Source: Balanoglossus misakiensis
Lineage: Eukaryota > Animalia > Hemichordata
NCBI GenBank assembly: GCA_040954595.2
Contig: CM082578.2
Span: forward strand, 7,487,519-7,551,518
DNA: 64,000 nucleotides
Reading direction: 5' to 3'
The position numbers and the translations under genes were made by a program. Within the stretch, counting starts at the first letter, position 1, and each line of letters starts with the position of its first letter. Below, one piece after another: positions 25,401-37,761 of the stretch. The notes under the pieces are model-generated. The model ran no database searches and had not been told where the DNA came from. It saw only the letters and a program-made list of their open reading frames with translations.

Positions 25401-28400
25401 TTCCTGTTTTTGAACCTCCTCCAGTTCGATATTATTGAGTCTGTCTCGGATGAAAATCTACCAATTTTGCCAAATGTAATTCAGGTCCCATGCACACAAA
25501 GTACACTGTTGCCAGATTGTTTTCCATACTCATGCTGGTGTATTTTAGTCCCACGCTCGTCGAGGTTGACATCGACATCACACCCATTCTATTTTAAATC
25601 AAAGACTGACCTGCACAAATGTCCAACTATATTTATGGCGGCCAGGAAGTCGGCTCATGGTACTTGCGTCTTGTTCACTGGTCACTTGGGGTGACACAGC
25701 ATTTTAATTGTCATCGCTGAGATGAAACTCATAAACAAACTTCGAAGTTGGCCCCATTTTTCTAACAAATTGACACATTTTGTATTAACCCGCACAGGTA
25801 CCAACGCAGATCATTTCAACTGTGATCAGATGACTGGTTCCATATCAACGGCAAGGTCGGTGGAAGCCGATGGCGCTGGAGCCGTTGGGACGTACTCGTT
25901 GACGCTAACCGTTGTCGACTTGGCTGGGAGTAGTGCAACGACTGACGTCACCATTACTGTGAATGATACAAATGATAACTATCCTTTATTCAGCCCGGCG
26001 TTCTACGTCAGCAGCGTCCCGGAGAACAGCGCGGCAGGTAAGGTTCAGAACACGAACAAATACATGAGAGGACAACAGCGCATTCATTTGGGATGGGCAC
26101 ATTTTGATTTTTTAAGATTTTTCAGGAGTTTATGAGTCTCTCTGGGGTTTTTTTCAGCAAAGTACTTCAGCTCTTTATCGATAGTAGAGGTATCACTCGC
26201 GGTCACTCCAATAGGTGCCAGTGATATACACATTGAATTACTGTTCTACCTAATACCCATTGCAGGTGTCACGGCCGCCAGTCTTACCGTTTCTGACCTG
26301 GACACGGGAGCATTCGGTACAGTCATCCTGTCGATTGCCAGCGGAGACGGGGGGAAGTTCGCGCTGCTCGGAAACGACTTGGTGACCACGGCCGATCCCC
26401 TGGACTACGAAGCAGCCGACACGTACAACGTAATCGCCGTGGCTACTGACGGCGGCGGGCTCATCAGTTCAGCAACCGTCACAATTTATGTGAGTTGAGG
26501 CAGAGACTTGTAAGCTAAACATCAGACCATTACCCGTTAAATGAAAAACTAGAAAACTGGTTCTTTATTTTGACTTTACTCGACAGGTAACACCTGAGAA
26601 CGAATTTGCTCCCACATTCGCTTCTTTCCCGACCACTGCCGTCACAATCCCTGAAGATTCCGGTGCTGGGTTCGAGGTAGTGGCCGCTGCAGATATTTCA
26701 GCCACTGACAGCGACGGCGGAGTCGATGGGGAGCTCACCTTCTCAATCGTCGCCGTCACCGGTGAGTAATCGGTCGAGATAATAAATAAAGGCGCACATA
26801 TTTTATTGTTTTATCTAATGGCAAATGGATTAAACTTGATAGATATTTCAATGGAAAACAAAGGTTTTCCGCCACATACTTAACTTCTAATGCAAACATG
26901 AATCAGGGATCATTAAAAATTGGCTCTTTAAGTTAGGAGCATCACCAACTTTAATTTCATCTCCGTTAAACATTTCCTAACTTCAACCATAGGGGGAGCT
27001 CTGGACCGGTTCCACATGGAGGCCACCAGCGGCAGGATCACGACAGTCGACACATTCGATTACGAGAGCGGAACGACAACTTACACAGTAACTTGCCAGG
27101 TTCAAGATGGCGGCTCACCAACTCCGAGCGGCACCACGACCACTCTGGTGGTGAATATCGGTGACGTCAACGACAACGCACCCGAGTTCGACAGCAACTC
27201 TTACTTCGTCCCCGTATCAGAAGGCAGCGCGGTCGACACGGTGGTGAAAACATTCACCGTCAACGACGACGATTCCGCGAACTTCAGTTATCAGTTCGTG
27301 TCCGGCAATGACCTCGGCAAGTTCAAAGTAGACGACGCGACGAACGAACTTCGAATCAACTCCGTGGTCGACCTGGACGCCGGCGACCCGCCGAGTTACA
27401 CGTTGGTTGTTCGCGTCAGTGATGGCGGGTCGCCGGACCTCAGTGGTACATCCACCGTCTACGTCACGGTGACGTCGACCAATGATCACGCACCAATATT
27501 CGGGAACACAACACCTGTTGCGATAACGGTAAGCCGTTTTCTAAGCACGCCGACGTCAGTAATATTATACATGTATAGGCGTGCATTGTTTATAATCTAT
27601 AGGATCCACGCCCCCCTATCCACGCCCCCTCTCAACCATCCTTTCCCTCGAGGAAGATGACTGTGAGTTGATTACACCGTTTATTTTCAGATCACCGAAT
27701 CTGATCCTATTGGTACCTCGGTTGCTGTAGTGAATGTTGCTGACGGCGATTATGGACCTGAGGGTGACGTGGTTCTCTCCCTCGAGAGTGAGTACCCGAA
27801 GCTTAGCGATCTAGCATGTTCGATAGATCTCCCATTTGTATCTGTATTTTCGTTGTTTCAATGTTATGTATTGCCAACTTTGTCTGCGTGTCTTCTCAGA
27901 TGGCGACACCTTCGACAATTTTCGACTGGATCCAACGAGCGGTCTAATCGAGATCAAGTTACCCGTGGACTTCGAAGACACCGGCACTCCGATTACACTG
28001 ACCGTCAAAGCCACGGATGGCGGGACACCGGCAAACACGGCGACGCAGGACATTTCCATCGCCGTTACCAATGAGAACGACAACATTCCTACCTGTAATC
28101 CCATGGTCTATGTGGAATCCATTCCGGAAACGTCGGTGGCCAACTCGAGTGTAAGTGAGCGATTCTACACTACTATACATGATCGTTCTGTCTGTCTACC
28201 TCTCTGTCTGTCACGATAAAAAATTTCACCACTTGTATTTAGGTTGTGCAACTTAATTGCGAAGATTTGGACGGAACCGGACTATCCTACCGGTTCAAGT
28301 CTGGCAACATTGGAAACAGTTTTGACGTTTACAGCAATGGATTTATCACAGTGGCGTTATCAGGTAAACCATTCATTGCCATGGCTTAGTTACAAGTCTG

Positions 28401-31400
28401 AGCGGATGACATGTGGTAGAGTACTGATATTGTCAACAGTCGCTTGTTTTTTGTTCTGCAATGAAAGGTCGTTATGTCATACTCTGGCGGTTTTTTGTGG
28501 GGGGGGGGGCTCAGCCAAAATATTAATAAAATCATAAATTTTGTCAACGTCTAATAACATGTTGTTGGACATTTCTATGAGCACGCAAGGTTGGCGCGAA
28601 CTAAAATGAAGATAAACTGCAACATCTACCCACAGAATTCTGATTCTTTGCAATTTCTATGCAATCGTAACCTGCAAGTGGGTCACATTTATTGCAGTTT
28701 TCATATACAATCAACCTGTTTTTATCATACCAGGTACCCCCCTTGATTACGAATCCGGGGTCATCCTTTATCAGATGGTTGTCGAAATCGATGACGGTGA
28801 TAATTTGCTAGACGTGGAAGTCACAGTGAATATCCAGGCTGAAAATGAATATCCTCCCGCCTTTTCTCCCGCTTCGTGGACGACAAACATCACGGAAGAA
28901 TTTCCAGTGGGTGACGTCATCATCTCTTTGTCGAATTCGGTAAACGATAGCGACACTGGGGGACACGGTGTTGTCGAGTATCTAATCAATTCAGGTAAAA
29001 AAATATCAAAACTCTAACACCATCTCTGTCTTTCTATCGATTCTTTATTATTTTATCTGCCTGTTTGTCTGACTGACTGACTGACCGTCTCTCCGTCTTT
29101 TTGTCTGCCAGTTTTATTCTTAATTCCGAGACTAAATTGTTCTTTCTGTTCCAGTGCTACCAAACAGCGGCGCATCATTATTTATGATCGACAAAAACTC
29201 AGGCGACATCTACCTCGTGCAAAGTTTAGACTATGAGGACCAGGCTTCTTACATTCTCACGGTACAGGCAAAAGATGGCGGCGGCCTAACCACGCCAGCT
29301 ACCATCACGTTGGCCGTGGATGACGTCAACGACAACAGCCCTACATGCCTTCAATCAAGATATGACCGCAACGTCAGTGAAAACACTTGTAAGTATGATA
29401 CCCATACGAATGGGAGTGGCTTATGATCACATTTACTGCAATAGGTTATACTGCAAATATGGCAACTCATCTTTTTTTTTCCAGATCCCTACATTGCCGT
29501 GAGTATGGCCGACTTGGGCTGCACTGATATCGATTCCGGTACATTTGGCACCTCTGGTCTGACTTTCACTCTTGTCAGTCAATCGCCATCATTTGACTTC
29601 GAAGTAACCGTGCAGGGCGTTTCTCTCGTAGGTAAGTTGTTAGTGCAGGTGACTGCACCGCAGATTTTCAAAATTCATCGCTAGAGTACTCGATGGACTG
29701 GTGATTGCGCTGGTGTCCTCTTCAGGGGTATACACGTGTGAGAAAAGCATCAAAATTGTGATATTTTAATTGTGTAATATTTGAAAATGAGTGTTTCTCA
29801 TTTTTCAGCTAATACTCTGGACTTTGAAAGCGCGGACAGAGAGTACGATCTCGTCTTACGCGTGTCGGATGCCGGGTCACCACCGCTGTCAGTCGACGTC
29901 ACGATTACAGTAACTGTTGATCCCGTCGACGAGGGGCCACCCGCGTTTCCGGGGCCTTACTCCGCCGCTGTGAGTGAAAGCGTCCCCATAGGCACCAGTG
30001 TTGAAACGTGCGTCGCCAACGACCCCGACTCCGACGACACGGCCGATGGTCAGGTGACCTACTCGGTCACCAGCGGGGACCCCGGCGGTTTCTTCAGGAT
30101 CCGGACTACAACCGGTGAAGTGACGACCGCGAAAAATCTCGACGCAGAAACGACGGCGCGCTTTGACCTGGAAATCACGGCCGTCGATGGAAACGGAGGC
30201 TCTGACGTCGTTACTCTGACCGTCACTGTATCCGACGATAACGATAATACCCCGACTTGCGCGAATTCCACATTTGCCCAAAATGTGGACGAGAACACCT
30301 TGCCGCTTGTCGTTTATTCACTGGACTGCTCCGACAGCGACCAAGCCGACTCCTCCCTGAACTACGCCCTCACCTCGGGAGACACTACCAAGTTCGGCGT
30401 CAACGCGAACGGCGAGGTCTATCTGCAGTCAGCGCTGGACTATGACGCCGCTGGCGTCCCAAGGAATTATTCACTAGAAGTGACAGTTGAAGATTCTGCG
30501 TCTAATACCTTCGTCGTTCAAGGAACAGTTCACGTGCAGCCGGTCAATGAAGACGTACCATCCTTCGTTCCGTCGAGTAAGAAAACTTTTGTTTTGAAGC
30601 AAAAGTGCTTACTATGTATTTGGATGTCTGCGTTTGGTGATGTCAACTGAATAGTATTTTTTGTGTACGACAGAGAGTGCTACTTTGAATGAATGTGTAA
30701 ATCGTGCTTTCGATTCCAATTTTTCGTGTGACTTTTTCACCCGTATTGCGCAAACGGCGTATACATTTTGATCAGGCATGGTTGGTTCGACACCCGAAGA
30801 CAAAGCCTATAAAATCAGTGTTTTTAACATTCTGTGTGACAGACGATAATGACTTTTTGTATTAAAAAGATGTACGTGTATCAGCATATTCAATTTATTT
30901 CCACAGGCGTGTATTCGGTCAGCATCCCGGAAAACATAACTGCCGGGACTCTGGTGATCACCGTTTCAGCAGAAGATTCAGATTCTGCGGACACGCCCGA
31001 TGGTGTGGTCGAGTACGCGTTGGATTCGTCCTGCAACTGCCCGGAATTCCACCTCGATACATTCTCCGGCAAGGTCACCACTCTGCTGCCGTTCGACTTC
31101 GAGACGGAATCGTCGTACACGCTGGACATCCAAGCGTCGGACGCCGATAACATGGTCACCGGCGCCATCCTCGTCACCGTTACAGACGTCAACGACAACC
31201 CTCCGGTCTTCAGTTCGTACGTTTACAAGTACGTGGCTTATATTTTCAGTTTCCGCTGATTGGTTATTTTTCTGTCCGTGTCCATAACTTTCTTCAGATA
31301 TATCATATATCATTCAAGTCCCATTAACACCCGAAACAAGTGGCGTGTTTAAGAGAATCGGGGGAGGGGGTGGAAGTGTTTGTTCGGGTTTGCCATTCCC

Positions 31401-34400
31401 GGCCAAAAATGAAAATCGCTTCCTGCAAGGTTCTCTAAACTCGTTGTAACCATACTTATTTCAGTGGCTCGGTCGAAGAGGGTGTGGCTGCGGGACAGCT
31501 GATCACGACTGTAACTGTGATGGACCAAGATTCGGCAACTGACGACAATAATGTCATTGTTCTTTCCATAACAGGTGAGGTACAATTTCACAGTATTGTA
31601 TAGGACATGTATTGAGTTGCGCTTTGAAGATAAGTAGCCGAACATCCCCGATTTATAATAAGTCATCAAAGGTTGTCGGTTTTGGACTAAATAGTTTTGG
31701 ACTACATATATCTTAGATACACTCAGCATACATACACATGTACGTGAAAATTGTGATTTCATCTTTTTGGGATTGTATGTCTCAAGAAAATCATCGTTGA
31801 AGTGGCACATTTCAGCACTTGGTGATCTTGAATTTGTTTGCTTTTGTCTTGGCTTGGTTCTCGCCTTGAAAATCGATTAAAATGTGCCCAAACTTCATAT
31901 TTCGTAACATTTTTTTTTCCTTTCTAAGGTGGCGATTTATCATCGGTATTTACCGTGGACTCGGCTTCTGGCTATGTCACCACGACAAGTCCCGTCGATT
32001 ATGAGACCACCCGGAATGCCACCTTAGAGATCACGGCATCTGACAGGAATGGAGCCCCCGACGGCAATAGTGCGAAAGCATACGTCATTGTGGAGGTCAG
32101 GCCAGTCAACGAGGCAGATCCCGTTTTCCAGTCGACACCATACGCAGTCAACGTCACTGAAAATACATCCCCCGGAACATCAGTTTTTCAGGTCTCAGCG
32201 ACGGATTCAGATTCCGACTCTCATCCCCATGGCCAGATCAAGTTCAGCATCACGGCGGGGAACGCAGATGGCCGATTCTCACTGGACGAGCAGACCGGCG
32301 AGGTTTTCGTCGCTGGAATTCTGGACCGTGAAACGACCGATACGTACACACTCACAATCGAGGCGGCGGACAGCACGGTTGCGCTTGGTGACAGTCGCAC
32401 AGCAACTGAGAACCTGGTTGTCACCGTTGAGGACACGAACGACCACGCCCCGGTTTGCCTTTCGCAGCCGTATTTTGCCCCGGTGTCAGAGGCCGTTGCC
32501 GTCGGAACGACAGTGATGACGCTAACAGTTGCAGACGACGACGCGGGTATCAATGCTGAATTTTATTTCACCAAAGGAAGCGGGGATCCCGATGATGATT
32601 TCATAGTCGTTGATGACAAAGTTGTCGTCGCACAACAGTTGGCGTATGAAATCACGCCATCTTACGCGATTAATGTGGTTGTCGCGGATCTCGGTTCGCC
32701 GTCTTTATCGACGGAGTGTCCAGTTTATATCGCCCTGTTGCCTGAAAACACTCACCCGCCGGCGTTTCCGATTTCGGCGGATGTCGTGTCGCTGTTCGAA
32801 TCGACAACCGTCGGGACTCTCGTCTACACCGCCGCAGCAACTGACGCCGACGGCGTGGGTGAACATGGCGACGTCTCGTACAGCATCGCGAGCGGCAACG
32901 ACTTGGGCAATTTCTTAATCGACGCGCACACCGGCAAAGTCTTCATCGGTAAACTCTTGGATGCAGAGACAGTCGACACGTTCTCGTTGCAGATAATGGC
33001 CGCTGACGGAAACCTCACCTCGCAGACAACGTTGAACGACACGATGATGTTGGGGGTCGTCGTGTTGGACGTGAACGATAACAACCCGGTCTTTACGCAG
33101 CCGGTGTACGAGGCCACCATACCGGAAGACTTCCCCGCCTACGACACCGTTGTACGAGTAGAGGCGACGGACGCGGACACCGGCAGCAACGGGAACATAA
33201 CTTACAAAATCGCGGGGTTTTCTGGCGGTGGTGCCTTCGCCATCGACTCAGTAACGGGGGACATCACAACCACCGGCTACGTGGATCGCGAAGAGAGGAG
33301 TTTCTACCCCGTCGGCGTCGAAGCCTGGGACGACGGCACCCCGGCCCGATTTTCCACGGCAGTCGTGAAGATAACCGTAGAGGATATAAACGACAACTTC
33401 CCCGCAGTGTCACCACAGAATCTGACCGTCGGCATACCCGAAGACTCGGTCGCCGATTACATGGTGGCGCATCTGTCGGCCACGGATCGCGATATCGGAG
33501 AAAACGGCAACGTCTCCTTTTCGATAGCCGGTGGAGACCCGCTGGGACAGTTTTACGTCGATTCCACGCTAGGGACGGTACACGTTTCAAATGTTGGACT
33601 CGACAGAGAAGTGCAAAGCGAGTAAGTAAGACTTTCCGAATCCTCTTCGGGTGTGGGCTCTTTACGTAGTTTGTTATCCCTAGCTTAACTCAAATCGCCT
33701 TTTCCCGAGTGTCAAAGCTTCCTTTTGCCCGTCTTCCCATTTCTCTCATTACTGAAATGATTACTTATTGACCTTCTCTTCTTTTTTTAAATTCCTATTT
33801 TGGTGGATTTTACAGATTCCTTCTGGTGATAAACGTGAGCGATCATGGGTCGCCCTCTCTGGCGACCACAACCTTCCTGACGGTGGTCCTATCCGACATC
33901 AACGACAACGCGCCGGTAATCGATCCGGGTTTCTACGCCGTTTCCGTAGACGAAGGCACCGTTATCGGAACAGTAGTCTGCACCGTCATGGCAACTGATC
34001 CTGATACAAACGATAATGGCAAACTGACATTTGGAATTACGTCAGGCAATGAACTCGGTAAGATAATTTTCGAAAAATAAAATGTGTTCGTTGTTGAATC
34101 ACCAGTCGCTGTGAATACTCCCCCCTGACTTCACATTAAATTTACCAGTTTCTTTTCTTGCATTTTTCATCATTTGTCACGATGATTATTAAATCTTCTC
34201 AAATTGGATTGACTTGCCAATTTTTTAAATGCGTTTGTTGTCTGTATTTTCGGTCGTTTACAGGTCAATTTGCAATCGATACAGGTTCTGGGGTTGTTAC
34301 AGTCGCGGGCGCTTTAGACATCCGTATAATGGAATTTTATAGTTTGGTCGTCGTTGTTCGAGACGGAGGTACACCATCACTGTCTTCAGCAACCACAGTC

Positions 34401-37400
34401 AACGTCACCGTACTTGACATCAATGATAACGCCCCAGAGTTCACGGAGGAAACCTATACATTCTACGTTATGGAAAATGTGCCCGTCTCTACGTACATTG
34501 GAAATGTGTCCGCCACCGACCTTGATTTTGGCGCGAACAGTCTTTTGAACTACTCGTTTTCCAGTGGTGCGCACTTTCATCATTTCGCCGTGGACGCGGA
34601 AAGTGGCGAGATAAGAACGGCAGCTCCAATCGACAGAGAAGCGATAGACTCGTACACGCTGGTTTGTAAAGTGAAAGACAACGGAATCCCGCCGAAATAC
34701 AACGTAACCTCGGTGATCATAATCGTGCAGGATGACAACGACAACGACCCCGTCTTCACCGAGAATTTGTATCAAACCGATGCCCGAGAGGACCTTCCCG
34801 TCGGGGCGTACATTTTGTCCGTTGTCGCCACCGACGCGGACAACGGCTCAAACGCGGATATCGGGTTCGCTATACCGCTATCGTCAACCGACGGGTACAA
34901 ATACTTCAGTGTTGACGGTATTACTGGTGAAATCACAGTCAAGGAGTCCCTGGACTACGAGACGACCGAAATGATAGAGTTTGCCGTCATCGCATATGAT
35001 GGAGGTGTACCTACCAGGACGGGCACCACAACAGTGCGTGTGGTGCTGGAAGATGTCAACGATAACGCTCCGCAGTTTCACCCGTCGTTCTACAGCGCCG
35101 AACTAGCATCTTCCGTCAGCCACGCTGATCCCATCGTGACCGTGAGTGCGACCGATGGGGACTTTAATCACACCGTCAGCTTTTATTTTGCCACAGATTC
35201 GGATCCATTCCAGATAGACTCAGGCACAGGTAATGTATGAACTTTTGTGAGTTACATCTTAACAGTCATGGGACCTTCAGTCAGTATCGAAAAAAAACTA
35301 TGTCGTCATTTCATACTTTGTAAGTTATCAAGCATCCTAGCTATTACTGATTCACCGTGGCGTCACTTATACTTTCTCCTGATTCCGTTTGTGTTTAAAT
35401 ATTCCCGCAGGAGATATACTGCTTATGACAGACAAAACCTCCGACGTCGGCATGTACCTTCTCAACGTGACCGCCGTCGATGACGTAGTGCCGACGCTGA
35501 CGTCAGATGACTGCCACGTTCGCATCGACTCGTTCAGCCCGTCCAGCCACCTGGTCGATTTCTACATGGCCATTTCCAAGTCGGCGTTCTCTGCGACCGA
35601 AGACCTGTTTCTGGAGGAAGTCACAAAAATAACCTACGGGGACTTTCCATCTGGGAGATGCGGGGTTTCCCACGTGAGCCTCCAGGACACGACGTCCACC
35701 GGGGCAACTCTTCGTAGGCTTCTTACAACACAAGAGTAAGTCACAGCTTAGTGGGCTTGCGACGTTGGTAATACGGAACACCATAATTGCCGGATGAGAT
35801 AATACTATTAATATCGGATGTTCTATATTTACTCAAATGAATCAATTTCAAGTTCGGTCCACAGAGTGCATCCTTGCTAAGTAGTATTTTAAAATATCTC
35901 ATTGTCCAATCAGGTCATCCGTGATCGTCCATGTCTACGGTGTAGAAGATAACAGCACAGACTTGGAGAACGGCTTGGATCTGGATAAGAAGTTCATGTC
36001 AAACACTTACTTATTCAACAAATTTGCATCCGATTCCACCGGCACACCATCGCAGGAACTCCAAGGTAAAGTCTCATCTTTTCTGTGACAGATACGTGTA
36101 CTACATTGTATATGGAACGGCAGACAATTTTGATTGATTGATTGAAACTCTACCAGCTCCCAAACCAAACTCCTGGAATTTATAGAACCGCACCTGAATG
36201 TAAATGAAAACAGGGCCAAACGTGACCAAGTTTTAAACCTGACCCCCAAAATTAAGCCCTACTTCGAGACACGACTGCAGTGTTCCAGGTAAATAATACG
36301 TGAAAACGTGGACTCGGTTGGGTTGAACATATACCCGTACAGCTCTTCTAGGAGTGACCCCCCCCCCGACACACAGAGTAATACACAGTCCCTTAGACTT
36401 CATTTTGCACAGCGAAAAGTTAGAGAACATGTCACGGTAAAGGATTACAACTGCAATGCGTTTGTTTTCAACATTTCAGACGCGGCGTTTGATCCGTGGA
36501 ATATCGAAAAGGTTCAGTTATACGAGTACGAGGAAACTGCGCCGTGGTGGCAGGTTTGGTGGGGACTTCTTTTGATTGGAATAATCTGTGTAGTTGCCGT
36601 CGTGGTCATCATTGCTGTGATTCTGTTTGTTTACTGCTGTTGCTGTCGTGATAAATCGAAGAGTGACAAGGAGTAAGTAAAACGGGTATACCATTTCTCC
36701 ATTCTTTTCGGAGGGCGCACGTCAGCGGCTTGTCATGGTTTAAACACTGGTCTTCTCGGGTATTCGTCTGTGACGAGTTCGCTCATAAACGTATCGTCAC
36801 CTCCCTCGCTACCGCCCTCTTCTTTATTTACCCGGGAAACTCATGTCGCCATTGATGGTGTGGTAATATTTACCCCAACTCTATTAAATTTCAGTGACCT
36901 CGTCAGGAAACCCGCAGAAAGGCCCACGACACAAGAAGAAATTGGTAAGTTTTGTACAATCTTCATCTAAAAACACCAAAGAGGTGATAGTGAGTTAATA
37001 ACGTTTTTTGTTTGAGAGTAGACTGAAGTTGAATGTGAATGTATTTCTTGAGTGTGTGATACACCACTGAGATTGTACTACACTGTGCAATGTATTCGTA
37101 TTTTCTAACAGTGACATTTTCATCACACTCCGATCGTTTCATCATCAGGTACCGATAACCGAACGATGCGACCAGTGAATCCGGCACAAGCCATAATAGT
37201 ATCCCCGAGGGTAAGTCTGCTCCTTCAGGTTGTTACTGGTAAATAGCATCAGATTAGCAGCAGCAGCGATGTTGAGTCATCTTTCTCGTCGTATTCATTT
37301 TAAGGATTTCTGTGTAATTTTAATTCTGCATTAAATCATCAACGAATCATGAGTCCGATGATACCGTTCATTTCTGATCGCAGGCACGTCCCGACACAAA

Positions 37401-37761
37401 CAGCGCCTCCAACGGGGATAACAGCAGGAAGACTGGATGGCGACACTTTGCTCCAGGTATGTATGGCTGTAAATGTGACATATTCATTATGATTTCTTGT
37501 AACTGCGGTAAAAACAGGTCTTTCTGAAAGTATTGTTTACATTTCACAGTCTTCTGACGTACATTGATTTCTCAATTTGGCGCCTTTTACTTCCACTTGC
37601 ACGAGCTCAATATATGTACAATTGATTTCACAGACGAAGACGCTGAGAAGAGAGAAAGGAGATGGCTAGCTTTACAGAGGAAGATCGGTACATCTCTGCC
37701 GCCCGAGAAGTCAACGAAGTCCCTTAATCAGGGTGGTGGTAATCAACTCGACCAGTTCTGA
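10353..37761 (+). CDS. Gene B: giant single-pass cadherin, about 4128 aa: signal peptide, 14 atypical Cys-pair repeats, 22 further cadherin repeats, membrane-adjacent domain, TM helix, short cytoplasmic tail
   Basis: 53 exons: 10353-10431, 13913-14088, 14441-14573, 14805-14992, 15154-15289, 15456-15643, 15789-15921, 16258-16445, 16896-17028, 17398-17585, 17828-17960, 18087-18274, 18404-18536, 18661-18848, 19257-19389, 19759-19946, 20190-20322, 20449-20636, 20757-20889, 21060-21247, 21577-21709, 21862-22049, 22327-22459, 22614-22801, 23180-23312, 23504-23688, 23919-24051, 24281-24468, 24638-25008, 25148-25365, 25798-26037, 26266-26489, 26587-26761, 26993-27528, 27691-27787, 27900-28150, 28243-28363, 28734-28994, 29155-29388, 29485-29631, 29809-30576, 30907-31228, 31465-31574, 31929-33621, 33816-34057, 34264-35229, 35411-35735, 35914-36065, 36480-36672 (TM), 36895-36944, 37149-37210, 37384-37456, 37634-37761. 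Sum 12387 nt (divisible by 3), all GT-AG, ends ...GGGNQLDQF-stop. Confidence 0.9.
16272..21251 (+). repeat. Recent direct tandem duplication, period about 2.36 kb (three modules including introns), about 2.1 copies
   Basis: Matching exon offsets 16896/19257, 17398/19759, 17828/20190, 18087/20449, 18404/20757. The introns are also nearly identical by eye. The ORF track shows duplicated shadow ORFs (17739 vs 20092; 16383 vs 18881). Confidence 0.93.
22258..22300. repeat. (GGT)n(GAT)n compound microsatellite
   Basis: Directly visible in an intron of gene B. Confidence 0.9.
36480..36672 (+). CDS. Gene B transmembrane exon
   Basis: PWWQVWWGLLLIGIICVVAVVVIIAVILFVYCCCCRDKSK: a hydrophobic helix followed by a Cys cluster and basic residues. 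Confidence 0.9.
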
